From an uncultured delta proteobacterium (lineage in GTDB: Bacteria; Myxococcota_A; Polyangia; Polyangiales; Polyangiaceae): 64,000 bases of DNA. The notes under the pieces are model-generated. The model had not been told where the DNA came from and made no database searches. It saw only the letters and a program-made list of their open reading frames with translations. The stretch lies in the NCBI GenBank assembly GCA_963782055.1, contig CAWAIF010000002.1, positions 128,001 to 192,000 of the forward strand. Direction: 5' to 3'. A program made the translations under genes and the position numbers. Of the stretch, positions 47,441-56,885 are shown piece after piece (position 1 is the stretch's first letter; the number at the start of each line of letters is the position of its first letter).

Positions 47441-48355
47441 GTGGAGAAGCTCGTCAGCGCGCTGGTGACCGGTCTCGCCCAGGGCGCGATGATCGCCCTC
47501 GTCGCGCTCGGCTACTCGATGGTCTACGGCGTCCTGAAGCTGATCAACTTCGCCCACAGCGAGGTGTTCATGATGTCCGCCTACGCGGGCCTCTTCGCCA
47601 TCGCGGCGCTCGGCGGCGAGGCCCACCCGCTGCTCGCCGGCGTCGCGGGCACCGTCGTGGCGATGGGCGCCGCCGCCGTGCTGGGCATGACGATCGAGCG
47701 CGTGGCCTACCGCCCCCTGCGCGGACGCGGCAGCGGCACGCTCGCCCGCGTGACCCCGCTGGTGACCGCGCTCAGCGTCTCGGTGCTCCTGCAGAACCTG
47801 GCGCAGCTCCTCTTCAGCGCGCGCTACCGCCCGTACCCGCCGCTCTTCCGCGGGGTCTCCGCGCTCAAGATCGGCTCCCTCGACGTCGGCCCGTCGCGCG
47901 TGGTCATCGTCGTCGCGGCGGTGGTGGTGATGGGCGCGCTGGAGCTCATCGTCCGCCGCACGTGGTTCGGCAAGGCGATGCGCGCCCTCTCCGCCAACGA
48001 GGAGGCGGCCAGGCTGATGGGCGTCAACACCTCCCGCGTCATCGCCCTCACCTTCGCGCTCGGGTCCAGCCTGGCGGCGGTGGGCGCGGTGCTCTTCTGC
48101 CTGGACCAGTCGCAGGTCTACCCGGTCATGGGCGTCATCATCGGCACACGCGCCTTCGTCGCGGCGGTGCTCGGCGGCATCGGCAACGTCACCGGCGCCA
48201 TGCTGGGTGGCCTGCTCCTCGGCGTCCTGGGCGAGCTGGTCAAGCTGACCGACTACTCCGGCGGCGTGGACGTCCTGGTCTTCGTGGTGCTCATCGTCGT
48301 CCTGCTGGTGCGTCCGGCGGGCCTGCTCGGCAGCACGCGCACGGAGAAGGTATGA
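47441..48355 (+). CDS. livH: Branched-chain amino-acid ABC permease
   Basis: ALVALGYSMVYGVLKLINFAH, GKAMRA, AAVLGGIG, VRPAGLLG. Confidence 0.9.
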   Translation: MEKLVSALVTGLAQGAMIALVALGYSMVYGVLKLINFAHSEVFMMSAYAGLFAIAALGGEAHPLLAGVAGTVVAMGAAAVLGMTIERVAYRPLRGRGSGTLARVTPLVTALSVSVLLQNLAQLLFSARYRPYPPLFRGVSALKIGSLDVGPSRVVIVVAAVVVMGALELIVRRTWFGKAMRALSANEEAARLMGVNTSRVIALTFALGSSLAAVGAVLFCLDQSQVYPVMGVIIGTRAFVAAVLGGIGNVTGAMLGGLLLGVLGELVKLTDYSGGVDVLVFVVLIVVLLVRPAGLLGSTRTEKV

Positions 48356-48990
48356 AGGGCTCCCTGCTCGGCGTCTTCTTCGCCTCCGGCTTCGCCGCGC
48401 TCCTGTACCAGGTGGTGTGGCAGCGGTCGCTCTACGCCATCTACGGGATCAACATCGAGTCGGTCACCGTCGTCGTCACCGCCTTCATGCTCGGCCTCGG
48501 CCTGGGCAGCCTGGCCGGCGGCGCGGTGTCGAAGAACCCGAAGCGCCCGGCGCTCCTGGTCTTCGCGCTGGTGGAGATGTCCATCGGCGTCTTCGGCGTC
48601 CTCTCCCTGCCGCTCTTCCACTGGGCGGGCGCCCTCACCCTGGGCCTCTCCCCGCCGCTCACCGCCCTCTTCACCTTCCTGCTGGTGCTCTTCCCCACCA
48701 TGCTCATGGGCGGCACGCTCCCGCTGCTCGTCGCCCACGCGGTGCGGACGTCCGGCAACGTGGGGAAGGCGGTCGGCGCGCTCTACTACGTCAACACGCT
48801 GGGCTCGGCGTTCGCCTCGGTGCTGGCGGTGCTCGTCCTGATGGGCCGGCTCGGCCAGCAGCACACCATCTTCGTCGCCGCGGGCATCAACGCGCTCGTC
48901 GGGCTCACGGTGCTGCGGATGCACCTGCGCGAGCGCAGAGACGAGCGCGGGGCGGCCGCAGGCGCGTCGCCCGCGGGGGGTGACGCGTGA
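48352..48990 (+). CDS. Stand-alone membrane domain of the MFS-like/spermidine-synthase fusion family
   Basis: FFASGFAALLYQVVW, FMLGLGLG, PTMLMGGTLP, LYYVNTLGS. Confidence 0.82.
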   Translation: MKGSLLGVFFASGFAALLYQVVWQRSLYAIYGINIESVTVVVTAFMLGLGLGSLAGGAVSKNPKRPALLVFALVEMSIGVFGVLSLPLFHWAGALTLGLSPPLTALFTFLLVLFPTMLMGGTLPLLVAHAVRTSGNVGKAVGALYYVNTLGSAFASVLAVLVLMGRLGQQHTIFVAAGINALVGLTVLRMHLRERRDERGAAAGASPAGGDA

Positions 48991-50555
48991 CCTTCGCCGT
49001 CGCCCTCTTCATCGCCGCGGCCACGGGCTTCATCGCCCTGTCGTACGAGATCGTCTGGTACCGCGTCGTCGCCTTCCTCACGTGGAGCTCGCCGGCGTCC
49101 TTCGGCATCCTGCTCGGGGCGTACCTCACCGGCATCGCGCTCGGCTCGGCGGCGAGCGGGCGCTTCTGCCGCGATCCCGGCGCGCGGGGGCAGCCGCGCT
49201 ACCTCAGGGCGCTGGCCGCGTTCGTCTTCTTCGCCAACGTGGCGAGCTTCTTCGTGGTGCCGTCCATCGCCTACGCCGCGACGCGCGGGTCAGTCCTCTG
49301 GCCGCTCGTCGCCATCGCGGCCGCCGCCGGGCTGATGGGGGCGATCCTGCCGCTCCTCGCCCACTTCGCCATCGCCCCCGACGATCACGCCGGCCAGCGC
49401 CTCTCGTACCTGTATCTCGCGAACATCGTGGGCTCCGCCCTGGGCAGCCTGATCACCGGCTTCGTCTTCCTGGACCGGATGACCTTGCGCCAGGTGTGCG
49501 TGCTGCTCGCCCTCTCCGGCTTCGTCCTCGGGGCGCTGCTCTGGGTGGCCAGCCGCCCCGGCGTCGCGCGCGCGGCCGCCGGCGTCACCCTGGCCGCGGC
49601 GGCGTGCTTCGGCGCGTCGCGCGGGTCGACGTCGCTCTTCGACCGCATCTACGAGCGACTGCACTACCGCCATTTCTACACCGGCCAGCGCTTCGCCGAC
49701 GTCGTCGAGACGCGGAGCGGCGTCATCACCGTCACGCAGGACGGCGTGGTCTACGGCGGCGGGGCGTACGACGGCAGCATCAACACCACCCTCACCGACG
49801 ACCGCAACCACGTGGTGCGCATCTACGCCGCGCTCGCCATGCACCCGCACCCCCGGAAGGTGATCATGATCGGCCTCTCCTCGGGCTCGTGGGCGCAGAT
49901 CATCGCCAACGACACGCAGGTCGAGCACGAGACGGTCATCGAGATCAACCCGGGCTACCTCGGCATCATCCGCAAGTACCCGCAGGTCTCGTCCCTCCTT
50001 CACGACCCGAAGGTGGACATCCAGATCGACGACGGTCGCCGCTGGCTGCTGCGCCACCCCGACGCCAAGGCGGACCTCTTCGTCATGAACACGACGTGGC
50101 ACTGGCGCGCCCACTCAACCAACCTGCTCTCGCGCGAGTTCATGGAGATCGTCCGCGCGCACCTGCTCCCCGGCGGCATCCTCTTCTTCAACACCACCTC
50201 GTCCGGAGACGTGCAGAAGACGGCGGCGACGGTCTTCCCCTACGCTTACCGCGTCGTGAACTTCATGGCGGTGAGCGACAGCCCCTTCGCCCTCGACCCG
50301 GCGCGGTGGCGCGGTCTGCTCGAGACCTTCCGCGTGGAGGGCGACCCCGTCATCGACACCTCCACCGAGGCCGGCCGCACCCTCATGGCCAAGCTGATGA
50401 AGCTCCCGGCGTCGCTCTACTGGGACCCGCCCTCGGAGTGGGGAATGGAGTCGCGCGACAGCGTGCTCCGGCGCACCGCGCACGCGCGCATCGTGACCGA
50501 CGACAACATGGCCCCGGAGTTTTACCGGCCGCTGCGCTTCCCCGACCCGAATTGA
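48987..50555 (+). CDS. Membrane domain + spermidine-synthase-like SAM-binding domain
   Basis: ALSYEIVW, LYLANIVGS, MIGLSSGSW, IEINP, DDGRRWL, TDDN. Confidence 0.85.
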   Translation: MTFAVALFIAAATGFIALSYEIVWYRVVAFLTWSSPASFGILLGAYLTGIALGSAASGRFCRDPGARGQPRYLRALAAFVFFANVASFFVVPSIAYAATRGSVLWPLVAIAAAAGLMGAILPLLAHFAIAPDDHAGQRLSYLYLANIVGSALGSLITGFVFLDRMTLRQVCVLLALSGFVLGALLWVASRPGVARAAAGVTLAAAACFGASRGSTSLFDRIYERLHYRHFYTGQRFADVVETRSGVITVTQDGVVYGGGAYDGSINTTLTDDRNHVVRIYAALAMHPHPRKVIMIGLSSGSWAQIIANDTQVEHETVIEINPGYLGIIRKYPQVSSLLHDPKVDIQIDDGRRWLLRHPDAKADLFVMNTTWHWRAHSTNLLSREFMEIVRAHLLPGGILFFNTTSSGDVQKTAATVFPYAYRVVNFMAVSDSPFALDPARWRGLLETFRVEGDPVIDTSTEAGRTLMAKLMKLPASLYWDPPSEWGMESRDSVLRRTAHARIVTDDNMAPEFYRPLRFPDPN

Positions 50556-50623
50556 GAGGACGCGCGCGCGGCGCGGTTTGGCCGACGGCCGCCCGCACGG
50601 GAGAGTAGACTCCGCCTCCGTCC

Positions 50624-53608
50624 GTGAAGCGTCTCCGCAACCTTCTCGCGCCGCTCGTCGTCCTCGGGGCGACTGCCCTGGCGATGCCGGCCCGCGCGGC
50701 GGGTGACCCCAATCTGAAGTGGGAGACGATCGAGACGGCCCACTTCCGCGTGGACTACTACTCCGGCGAGCGCGAGATCGCCGAGCGCCTGGCGGATCTC
50801 TCGGAGGCCATCTACGGGCGGCTGGTGCCGGCGGTCGGCTGGCCGCCCAGCGAGAAGGTGGAGCTCTCGGTCACCGACCAGACCGACAGCGCCAACGCCT
50901 TCACCTCCGCGCTGCCCTACGACTCCATCCGCTTCTTCGCCACCGCCCCGGACGACCTCTCCCCGCTCGGCGACGTGGACGACTGGTACGTGGAGCTCGT
51001 CACCCACGAGTTCACCCACATCCTGCACACCGACCACATCCGCGGCATCCCGGCGATCATCAACATGATCCTGGGCAAGACGCTCGCACCCAACCAGGTG
51101 GAGCCGCGGTGGATCCTGGAGGGCCTGGCGGTCTACGAGGAGAGCTCCAAGACGTCCGGCGGGCGCCTGCGCTCCTCCATCTGGAACATGTTCATGCGCG
51201 CCGACGTGCTGGAGAACAACGTCGCCCCGCTGGACGTCTTCTCCAGCAACGTGCGCCGCTGGCCGCAGGGCAACCTCTGGTACCTCTACGGCTCCTTCTT
51301 CATGCAGTGGATCGCCGAGACGTACGGCGAGCAGGCGATCCGCGACATGATCGACGACTACGCCTACCAGCTCATCCCGTACGGCATCAACCGGTCCATC
51401 CGCCGCGCCACCGGCGTCACCTACGAGCAGATGTACCCCGCGTGGGTCGGCACCATGCGCCGCGAGTACCAGGCGCAGGCCGCCGCCATCCGCGCGCGCG
51501 GTCTGCGGGAGGGCACGCGCGTCACCTTCGGCGGGCAGAACGCGCGCACCCCACGCTTCATCCCGCCCAACGCGTGGGCCGGCGCCGGCGGCGACCTCGT
51601 CTACTACCGCGACGACGGCCACCGCACCGCGGGCATGTACCGCGTGCCGCTCCGCCGTCTCCGGACGGGGTACGTCGTCGCCGCCGGCAAGGACTCCGAC
51701 GACGAGCTGCTCGCGCGCACCCTCGGCGGCGGCACCGCGGCCTTCACCCCCGGCGGCGGCGTGGTCTTCGATTCAGTGGAGACCTACAACAACCTCTACG
51801 GCTTCGACGACCTCTTCTACCTCCCGCGCGGCGCGAAGAGCCCCGGCGGCCTGGAGGCCGCGCGGGTGCGCCTCACCCGCGGCTTCCGCGCCACCAGCCC
51901 GGACGTCTCGCCCGACGGCCGGCACGTCGTCTTCGTCTCCAACCACCGCGGCACCAGCTACCTGCAGATGGGCGACCTGGACCTCCCTGCGGGCAAGCTG
52001 CGCAACGTCCACGCCCTGGTCCGCTCCGAGCGCTTCAATCAAGTCTACTCTCCGCGCTTCTCCCCCGACGGCCGCACCGTCGCCTACAGCGTGTGGCTGG
52101 CAGGCGGCTACCGCGACGTGCACCTGGTCGATCTCGCCACCGGCCGCGTCACCGAGGTGACGCACGACCGCGCCCTGGACGGCTCCCCCTGCTTCTCGCC
52201 CGACGGCAAGCTCCTGTACTTCCACTCCGATCGCACCGGCGTGATGAACATCTACGCGTACGACCTCGCGTCGCACGCCCTCGCCGAGGTCACCAACGTC
52301 ATCACTGGCGCCATGCAGCCGGAGGTCTCGCGGGACGGCAAGACCCTCGCGTACCTCGGGTACACGCACGCCGGCTACGACGTCTACCTCATGCCGCTCG
52401 AGCGCTCGCGCTGGCTCCCCGCGGAGCCGTACGCCGAGGATCGGCCGCCGCCGCCGCCGCCGCCGGTGCACCACGCCTATCATCCGCGCCCGTACAACCC
52501 GATCTACACGCTCGTCCCGCGGCACTACACCGCGAACACCCAGCCCGGTGACTTCGGCCAGGAGTTCTCGGTCACCGTGAGCGGCAGCGACATCGCCGGG
52601 CACCACGCCGTCGGCCTCACCCTCGCCACCCAGACCGAGAGGCCCGACCCGCAGGTGGACCTCACCTACACCTACAGCCGCCTCCCCTTCGACCTCTCCT
52701 TGCGCGGCTACCGGTCCATCTCACCCGGCGGCACCTACTCGGTCGGCCCGAGCAAGCAGACGTGGGTGGCCGATGTCCTCGGCGCGCAGTCGAGCCTCTC
52801 CTACAGCATCCGCGGCGCCTTCGCGACGCACGACTTCAACGTCGGCTACAGCGTCAACTCGGTGAGCGGCGATACCAACCTCGGCAAGGACGCCGGCCTC
52901 GACCCGTACGACACCCCACGCATCCCGCAGCGCCTGCTCGCCGGCGTCCTGAGCTTCAACTGGTCCTGGAGCAACGCGCAGCGCTACCTGTGGAGCGTCA
53001 GCGCGGAGAAGGGCTTCTCCCTCTCGGCGGGGATCGACCTCACCCACCCGGTGCTCGGCAGCGACTACCGCGGCTTCCGCACGCACGCCGACCTGGAGGC
53101 GTACTACGCGATGCCGTGGCTGCGGCACCACGTCCTCGCCTTCCACGCCGGCGGCGGCCTGAGCGGCGGCTTCTTCCCCGGCGGCCCCTTCTACGTCGGC
53201 GGGTACGTCGACGTGGCGCCGCTCGATCAGCTCCGCTCCGCCGTCCAGAACGGGAGCTTCCTCACGCAGGGGGGCATCGTCCTGCGCGGCTACCCGGTCG
53301 CGGTCGAGACCGGGGCGTACTACACGCTCCTCAACGCCGAGTACCGCTTCCCCATCGTGAACATCGACCGCGGCCTCTCCACGCTCCCGGTGATGCTCAA
53401 CCGCATCTCGGGCAACGTGTTCGTCGACTACGGGAGCGCGTTCAACACGCCGGAGACGGCGATGTTCAAGACCGGCGTCGGCGCCGAGCTCTGGGTGGAC
53501 CTCACCATCGGCTACTTCCTCTCGCTGTACTTGCGCGGCGGCTACGCGCGCGGCCTGGCGAGCGGGGGGATCGACAAGGTGTATCTGGTCGCCGCGGTGC
53601 CCTACTGA
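50624..53608 (+). CDS. Omp85/BamA-like protein with N-terminal HExxH peptidase-like domain and PD40 beta-propeller
   Basis: Signal peptide; THEFTH..WILEGLA; SPDG repeats; LRGY, EYRFP, GVGAEL in the C-terminal barrel. Confidence 0.85.
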   Translation: MKRLRNLLAPLVVLGATALAMPARAAGDPNLKWETIETAHFRVDYYSGEREIAERLADLSEAIYGRLVPAVGWPPSEKVELSVTDQTDSANAFTSALPYDSIRFFATAPDDLSPLGDVDDWYVELVTHEFTHILHTDHIRGIPAIINMILGKTLAPNQVEPRWILEGLAVYEESSKTSGGRLRSSIWNMFMRADVLENNVAPLDVFSSNVRRWPQGNLWYLYGSFFMQWIAETYGEQAIRDMIDDYAYQLIPYGINRSIRRATGVTYEQMYPAWVGTMRREYQAQAAAIRARGLREGTRVTFGGQNARTPRFIPPNAWAGAGGDLVYYRDDGHRTAGMYRVPLRRLRTGYVVAAGKDSDDELLARTLGGGTAAFTPGGGVVFDSVETYNNLYGFDDLFYLPRGAKSPGGLEAARVRLTRGFRATSPDVSPDGRHVVFVSNHRGTSYLQMGDLDLPAGKLRNVHALVRSERFNQVYSPRFSPDGRTVAYSVWLAGGYRDVHLVDLATGRVTEVTHDRALDGSPCFSPDGKLLYFHSDRTGVMNIYAYDLASHALAEVTNVITGAMQPEVSRDGKTLAYLGYTHAGYDVYLMPLERSRWLPAEPYAEDRPPPPPPPVHHAYHPRPYNPIYTLVPRHYTANTQPGDFGQEFSVTVSGSDIAGHHAVGLTLATQTERPDPQVDLTYTYSRLPFDLSLRGYRSISPGGTYSVGPSKQTWVADVLGAQSSLSYSIRGAFATHDFNVGYSVNSVSGDTNLGKDAGLDPYDTPRIPQRLLAGVLSFNWSWSNAQRYLWSVSAEKGFSLSAGIDLTHPVLGSDYRGFRTHADLEAYYAMPWLRHHVLAFHAGGGLSGGFFPGGPFYVGGYVDVAPLDQLRSAVQNGSFLTQGGIVLRGYPVAVETGAYYTLLNAEYRFPIVNIDRGLSTLPVMLNRISGNVFVDYGSAFNTPETAMFKTGVGAELWVDLTIGYFLSLYLRGGYARGLASGGIDKVYLVAAVPY

Positions 53609-53628
53609 GAGACGTGCGCCCGCGGCGC

Positions 53629-54114
53629 TCAATCCGCGATGCGGACCGTCGGGAACTGGGCGTGCTGCTCCGGGCCGTCGGGGCGGATCACGTCCACCCG
53701 CTCGCCCAGCACGCCGACGTCACCGTCGGTGCGCTCCTCGCCGTCCAGCAGCCACGCCGTCTTGTAGCGATGCCACGCCTGCTTGATCGTCGTCACGTGC
53801 AGGTCGCCCTCGTCCACGCGATACCACCCCAACCGCACCACCACGTCGGCGCGGTCCGCGCCCTTCATCCGCATGCCGGCGGTCTCCGCGTCGGTCACGC
53901 GGATCGGCCCGCCCCAGAGCCGGTGCCGCTTGGTGAACTCCTTCTGGTAGTTCGGCGCCACGTCCTCGAAGGCGAGCGCCATCCGCCCGAAGCGGGTGTT
54001 CACGTTGAACTCCTCCGTCGTCTGCTGGACGAGCGCGGCGCCGGTGGGCTGATTCAGACACCCCAGGCCGAGCGCGGCCGCGAGGGAGACGAAGACCAAG
54101 CGTGAGGGTCGCAT
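53629..54114 (-). CDS. Hypothetical lipoprotein
   Basis: LGLGC lipobox; FNVNTRFGR. Confidence 0.7.
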   Translation of the reverse strand: MRPSRLVFVSLAAALGLGCLNQPTGAALVQQTTEEFNVNTRFGRMALAFEDVAPNYQKEFTKRHRLWGGPIRVTDAETAGMRMKGADRADVVVRLGWYRVDEGDLHVTTIKQAWHRYKTAWLLDGEERTDGDVGVLGERVDVIRPDGPEQHAQFPTVRIAD

Positions 54115-54173
54115 GCCTGCAAGCTACCGGCGCGCGTCGCCCCGGCCCACTTTTCGGCGGACCTCGAGGAAGG

Positions 54174-54314
54174 TCAGGCCTTCTTCTTCGTCGGCTTCTT
54201 CACGCCCCGCGCCTTGGCCTTCTCGGTGGCCCGGCGCTTGAGGCGGTCCTTCTTCTTGGCTTGCGCCTTGCGGCGACGCATCTTCTCGGAGGCCCGGCGA
54301 TCGAACTTACCCAT
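54174..54314 (-). CDS. 46-aa very basic protein (not in ORF track)
   Basis: MGKFDRRASEKMRRRKAQAKKKDRLKRRATEKAKARGVKKPTKKKA*; AAG-rich codons; fills a gap between co-oriented genes. Confidence 0.65.
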   Translation of the reverse strand: MGKFDRRASEKMRRRKAQAKKKDRLKRRATEKAKARGVKKPTKKKA

Positions 54315-54359
54315 GGTGGCGGCGCACCATGCCGGCCTCCCCTCGAGACGTCAAGCCCC

Positions 54360-54608
54360 TCAGCCTGCGCTCTCGGCGACGGCGTCTTCCCGGCCGCGGA
54401 CCTCGAGGCGGTAACGGCTGTTGATCGTCTCGATGTAGAAGACCTCGCGCCCGGCGATGCGCAGCACCCGCTTGACCGGAGTCGTCACGTACTCATGCAT
54501 GCCATCGGGGAACTCGATCACAACGACCGATCCCTTTCGTGGCGCCCGCACGAGGCGGCCCGCCACCGCACGCGAGCCCTTTCCGAGCTTCCGCAGAACG
54601 ACGTCCAC
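54360..54608 (-). CDS. Small hypothetical beta-rich protein (82 aa)
   Basis: GTG start; VDVVLRKLGKGSRAVAGRLVRAPRKGSVVVIEFPDGMHEYVTTPVKRV... Confidence 0.65.
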   Translation of the reverse strand: MDVVLRKLGKGSRAVAGRLVRAPRKGSVVVIEFPDGMHEYVTTPVKRVLRIAGREVFYIETINSRYRLEVRGREDAVAESAG

Positions 54609-54851
54609 GCTTCCAATGTAGCATCGCCGCGGCATGCGTCTACAGGTCCATGCACCCGCGGGGCGAGCTTTGTCGGCACAAAGGCCTCCAGTGTGGGACA
54701 CGCGCCCGGAGGCCTGTGCATGATGCACGGATGAGCAGCGGTCACGGCGCCGACCATCCCCTCCGCCGGTCACCCGAGCCTTGTGCCCCTGCCTCCAAGC
54801 CCGGGGCCTCCCGCCTTCTTTTGTGCGCGAAAGTCGGGTAAGGGCCACCCC

Positions 54852-55472
54852 ATGGCGCACGCCTCCCATGTCGATCGCGAGCACGGCGAGCACCTGGGGC
54901 AACCCCGGGCGCGGGACGGGCGGCAGGGCTGCGTCGAGGTGGTGTGCGGCTCCATGTTCAGCGGCAAGACCGAGGAGCTCATTCGGCGCATGAAACGCGC
55001 GCGCCTGGCGCGCCTGCCCATCGTCGTCTTCAAGCCGCGTGTCGACAACCGCTACGACGAGGTGAAGGTCGTCACGCACGAGGGCATCGGCACCGACGCC
55101 GTGCCCGTCGGCGGCGCGAAGGAGATCACCGGCCTCGTCGGGCCCAACGTCGCGGTCGTCGGCATCGACGAGGTGCAGTTCTTCGAGCCGGACCTGGTGG
55201 ATGTGGTGGAGGACCTCGCCAACCGCGGCGTGCGGGTCATCTGCGCGGGGCTGGATCAGGACTACCGCGGGCAGCCCTTCGGGCCCATGCCGGCGCTCAT
55301 GGCCATCGCCGAGTACGTGACCAAGCTGCACGCGGTCTGCGCGCGGTGCGGCGGCGAGGCGTCGCGCTCGCAGCGGCTGGTCGCGGCGGAGGCGCAGCTC
55401 TTCGTGGGCGGGGCCGCCGCCTACGAGGCCCGCTGCCGCCGCTGCTTCGTCGACCACCCCGTGGAGGCGTGA
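54852..55472 (+). CDS. tdk: Thymidine kinase
   Basis: GSMFSGKTEEL, IDEVQFF, AGLDQDY, CARC, YEARCRRC. Confidence 0.96.
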   Translation: MAHASHVDREHGEHLGQPRARDGRQGCVEVVCGSMFSGKTEELIRRMKRARLARLPIVVFKPRVDNRYDEVKVVTHEGIGTDAVPVGGAKEITGLVGPNVAVVGIDEVQFFEPDLVDVVEDLANRGVRVICAGLDQDYRGQPFGPMPALMAIAEYVTKLHAVCARCGGEASRSQRLVAAEAQLFVGGAAAYEARCRRCFVDHPVEA

Positions 55473-55473
55473 G

Positions 55474-56814
55474 CTACTTGCGCCGGTGCGCGCCGTGGCG
55501 CGATCCGGAGCGCTTCGACCTCGGCTTCTGGTGCGAGGTATGGTGGGCGTCGCGCTCGCCGCGGAAGTAGTCGCGGAGCATCTCCCGGGCGACGACGTTG
55601 GCCTTCACGTGCCAGAGCGGGTGGTTGACGACCAGCACCGCGATGGCCACCTGCTTCTCACCGGCCTTCGGGTGGACCGGGGCAAAGCCGGTGAACCAGG
55701 AGTACAGGTGCTGCCGATCGGGGTCGGTCAGCGTGCCCGTCTTGCCCGCGGCGATGACACCGGCGGGCAGGTAGGGCGTGCGGTGCGCGTCGTGGAAGGC
55801 GCGGTAGCTCGTCCCCTCGCTGACGGTGCGCTCCATCATGCGCGTCAGCGCGGCGGCGGTCTGGGGGGAGGTCACGCGGCGGCCTGTCGGGCCCGGCGCC
55901 TCCCACACCTTCGAGCCGCCCGGGTCGTCCAGCTCGCGCACCACGAAGGGGCGCATCTGCTCGCCGCCGTTGGCCACGGTCGCGCTGATGAGCGCGGCCT
56001 GCAGCGGGGTGAGCGTGGAGTTCCAGAACCCGGCGGACGTCCGCGCGAAGCCGAGCGGGTCCTCCGGCACGTGGACCGCGCTCTGCTGCACCGTCACGTC
56101 GAAGGAGGGCGCGCCGCCGTACCCGTACGACTTTGCGGTCTCGGTCTCGATCGCGGGCGTGAGGTCGCGCGAGGCGAGCCGGGCGAACACCGCGTTGGTG
56201 CTGTGACCGAGCGCCTTGGCGATGGAGACGCACCACTTGTCGCGGTGCGGGTCCACCACCAGGTCGCGCTGCGTGATGCGCTGGCTCCCCCCGCCCGCGT
56301 AGCACTCGCGCGTGTCCGGCCCGAGCTTCGCGTGGTCGACGAGCGCCGTCGCCGTCACGATCTTGAACACGCTCGCCGAGGGGGCCCGCGCCTCCGCGCA
56401 GATGTCCCGCGCGCGCCCCGACTGCACGTGGCTCGCGTAGACGAGCAGCGCGCCGGTCTTGGGGTCGATCATGACGATGGCCGCCTCGGGCAGGCGGTGC
56501 GCGCGCATGAGGCGCTCCGCCGCGTGCTGCAGCCGTGCGTCCAGGGTGAGCTTGGCGACGCGGTTGCCCGCGTCGGCGGTGGCGCCGTCATCGCTCAGGT
56601 GCACGTGCACCAGGTCCAGCCCGGCGAAGGGAGGTCCGGCGACCGCGGCGGGCCTCTTCGCCGCGACGGGCGCCACCTTGACCGCGGCCGGGGCCTCCAC
56701 CTTCATCGCGAGCGCGGTCTGGGCCGCCGCCGCGCGCGGGGAGAAGTGCCGCAGCAAGCTCACGCTCCCGGTGATGAGCGCGAACGCAGAAAACCCAACC
56801 AGCCAGCGCCGCAT
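55474..56814 (-). CDS. Penicillin-binding protein, transpeptidase domain only
   Basis: SVFK (SxxK), STN (SxN), KTGT. Confidence 0.88.
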   Translation of the reverse strand: MRRWLVGFSAFALITGSVSLLRHFSPRAAAAQTALAMKVEAPAAVKVAPVAAKRPAAVAGPPFAGLDLVHVHLSDDGATADAGNRVAKLTLDARLQHAAERLMRAHRLPEAAIVMIDPKTGALLVYASHVQSGRARDICAEARAPSASVFKIVTATALVDHAKLGPDTRECYAGGGSQRITQRDLVVDPHRDKWCVSIAKALGHSTNAVFARLASRDLTPAIETETAKSYGYGGAPSFDVTVQQSAVHVPEDPLGFARTSAGFWNSTLTPLQAALISATVANGGEQMRPFVVRELDDPGGSKVWEAPGPTGRRVTSPQTAAALTRMMERTVSEGTSYRAFHDAHRTPYLPAGVIAAGKTGTLTDPDRQHLYSWFTGFAPVHPKAGEKQVAIAVLVVNHPLWHVKANVVAREMLRDYFRGERDAHHTSHQKPRSKRSGSRHGAHRRK

Positions 56815-56885
56815 GCTCTCTTCGATGGCACACGCGGCGCGAAAGGGACAAACAAACGGCGCAAGGGCTCGTCTAAGCTTTCCCC

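Noticed and set aside
56826..56840. Sigma54-like TGGCAC-N5-GCGC upstream of the HEAT-repeat gene
   Set aside because: The -12 element is poor and chance matches are likely at this GC content.
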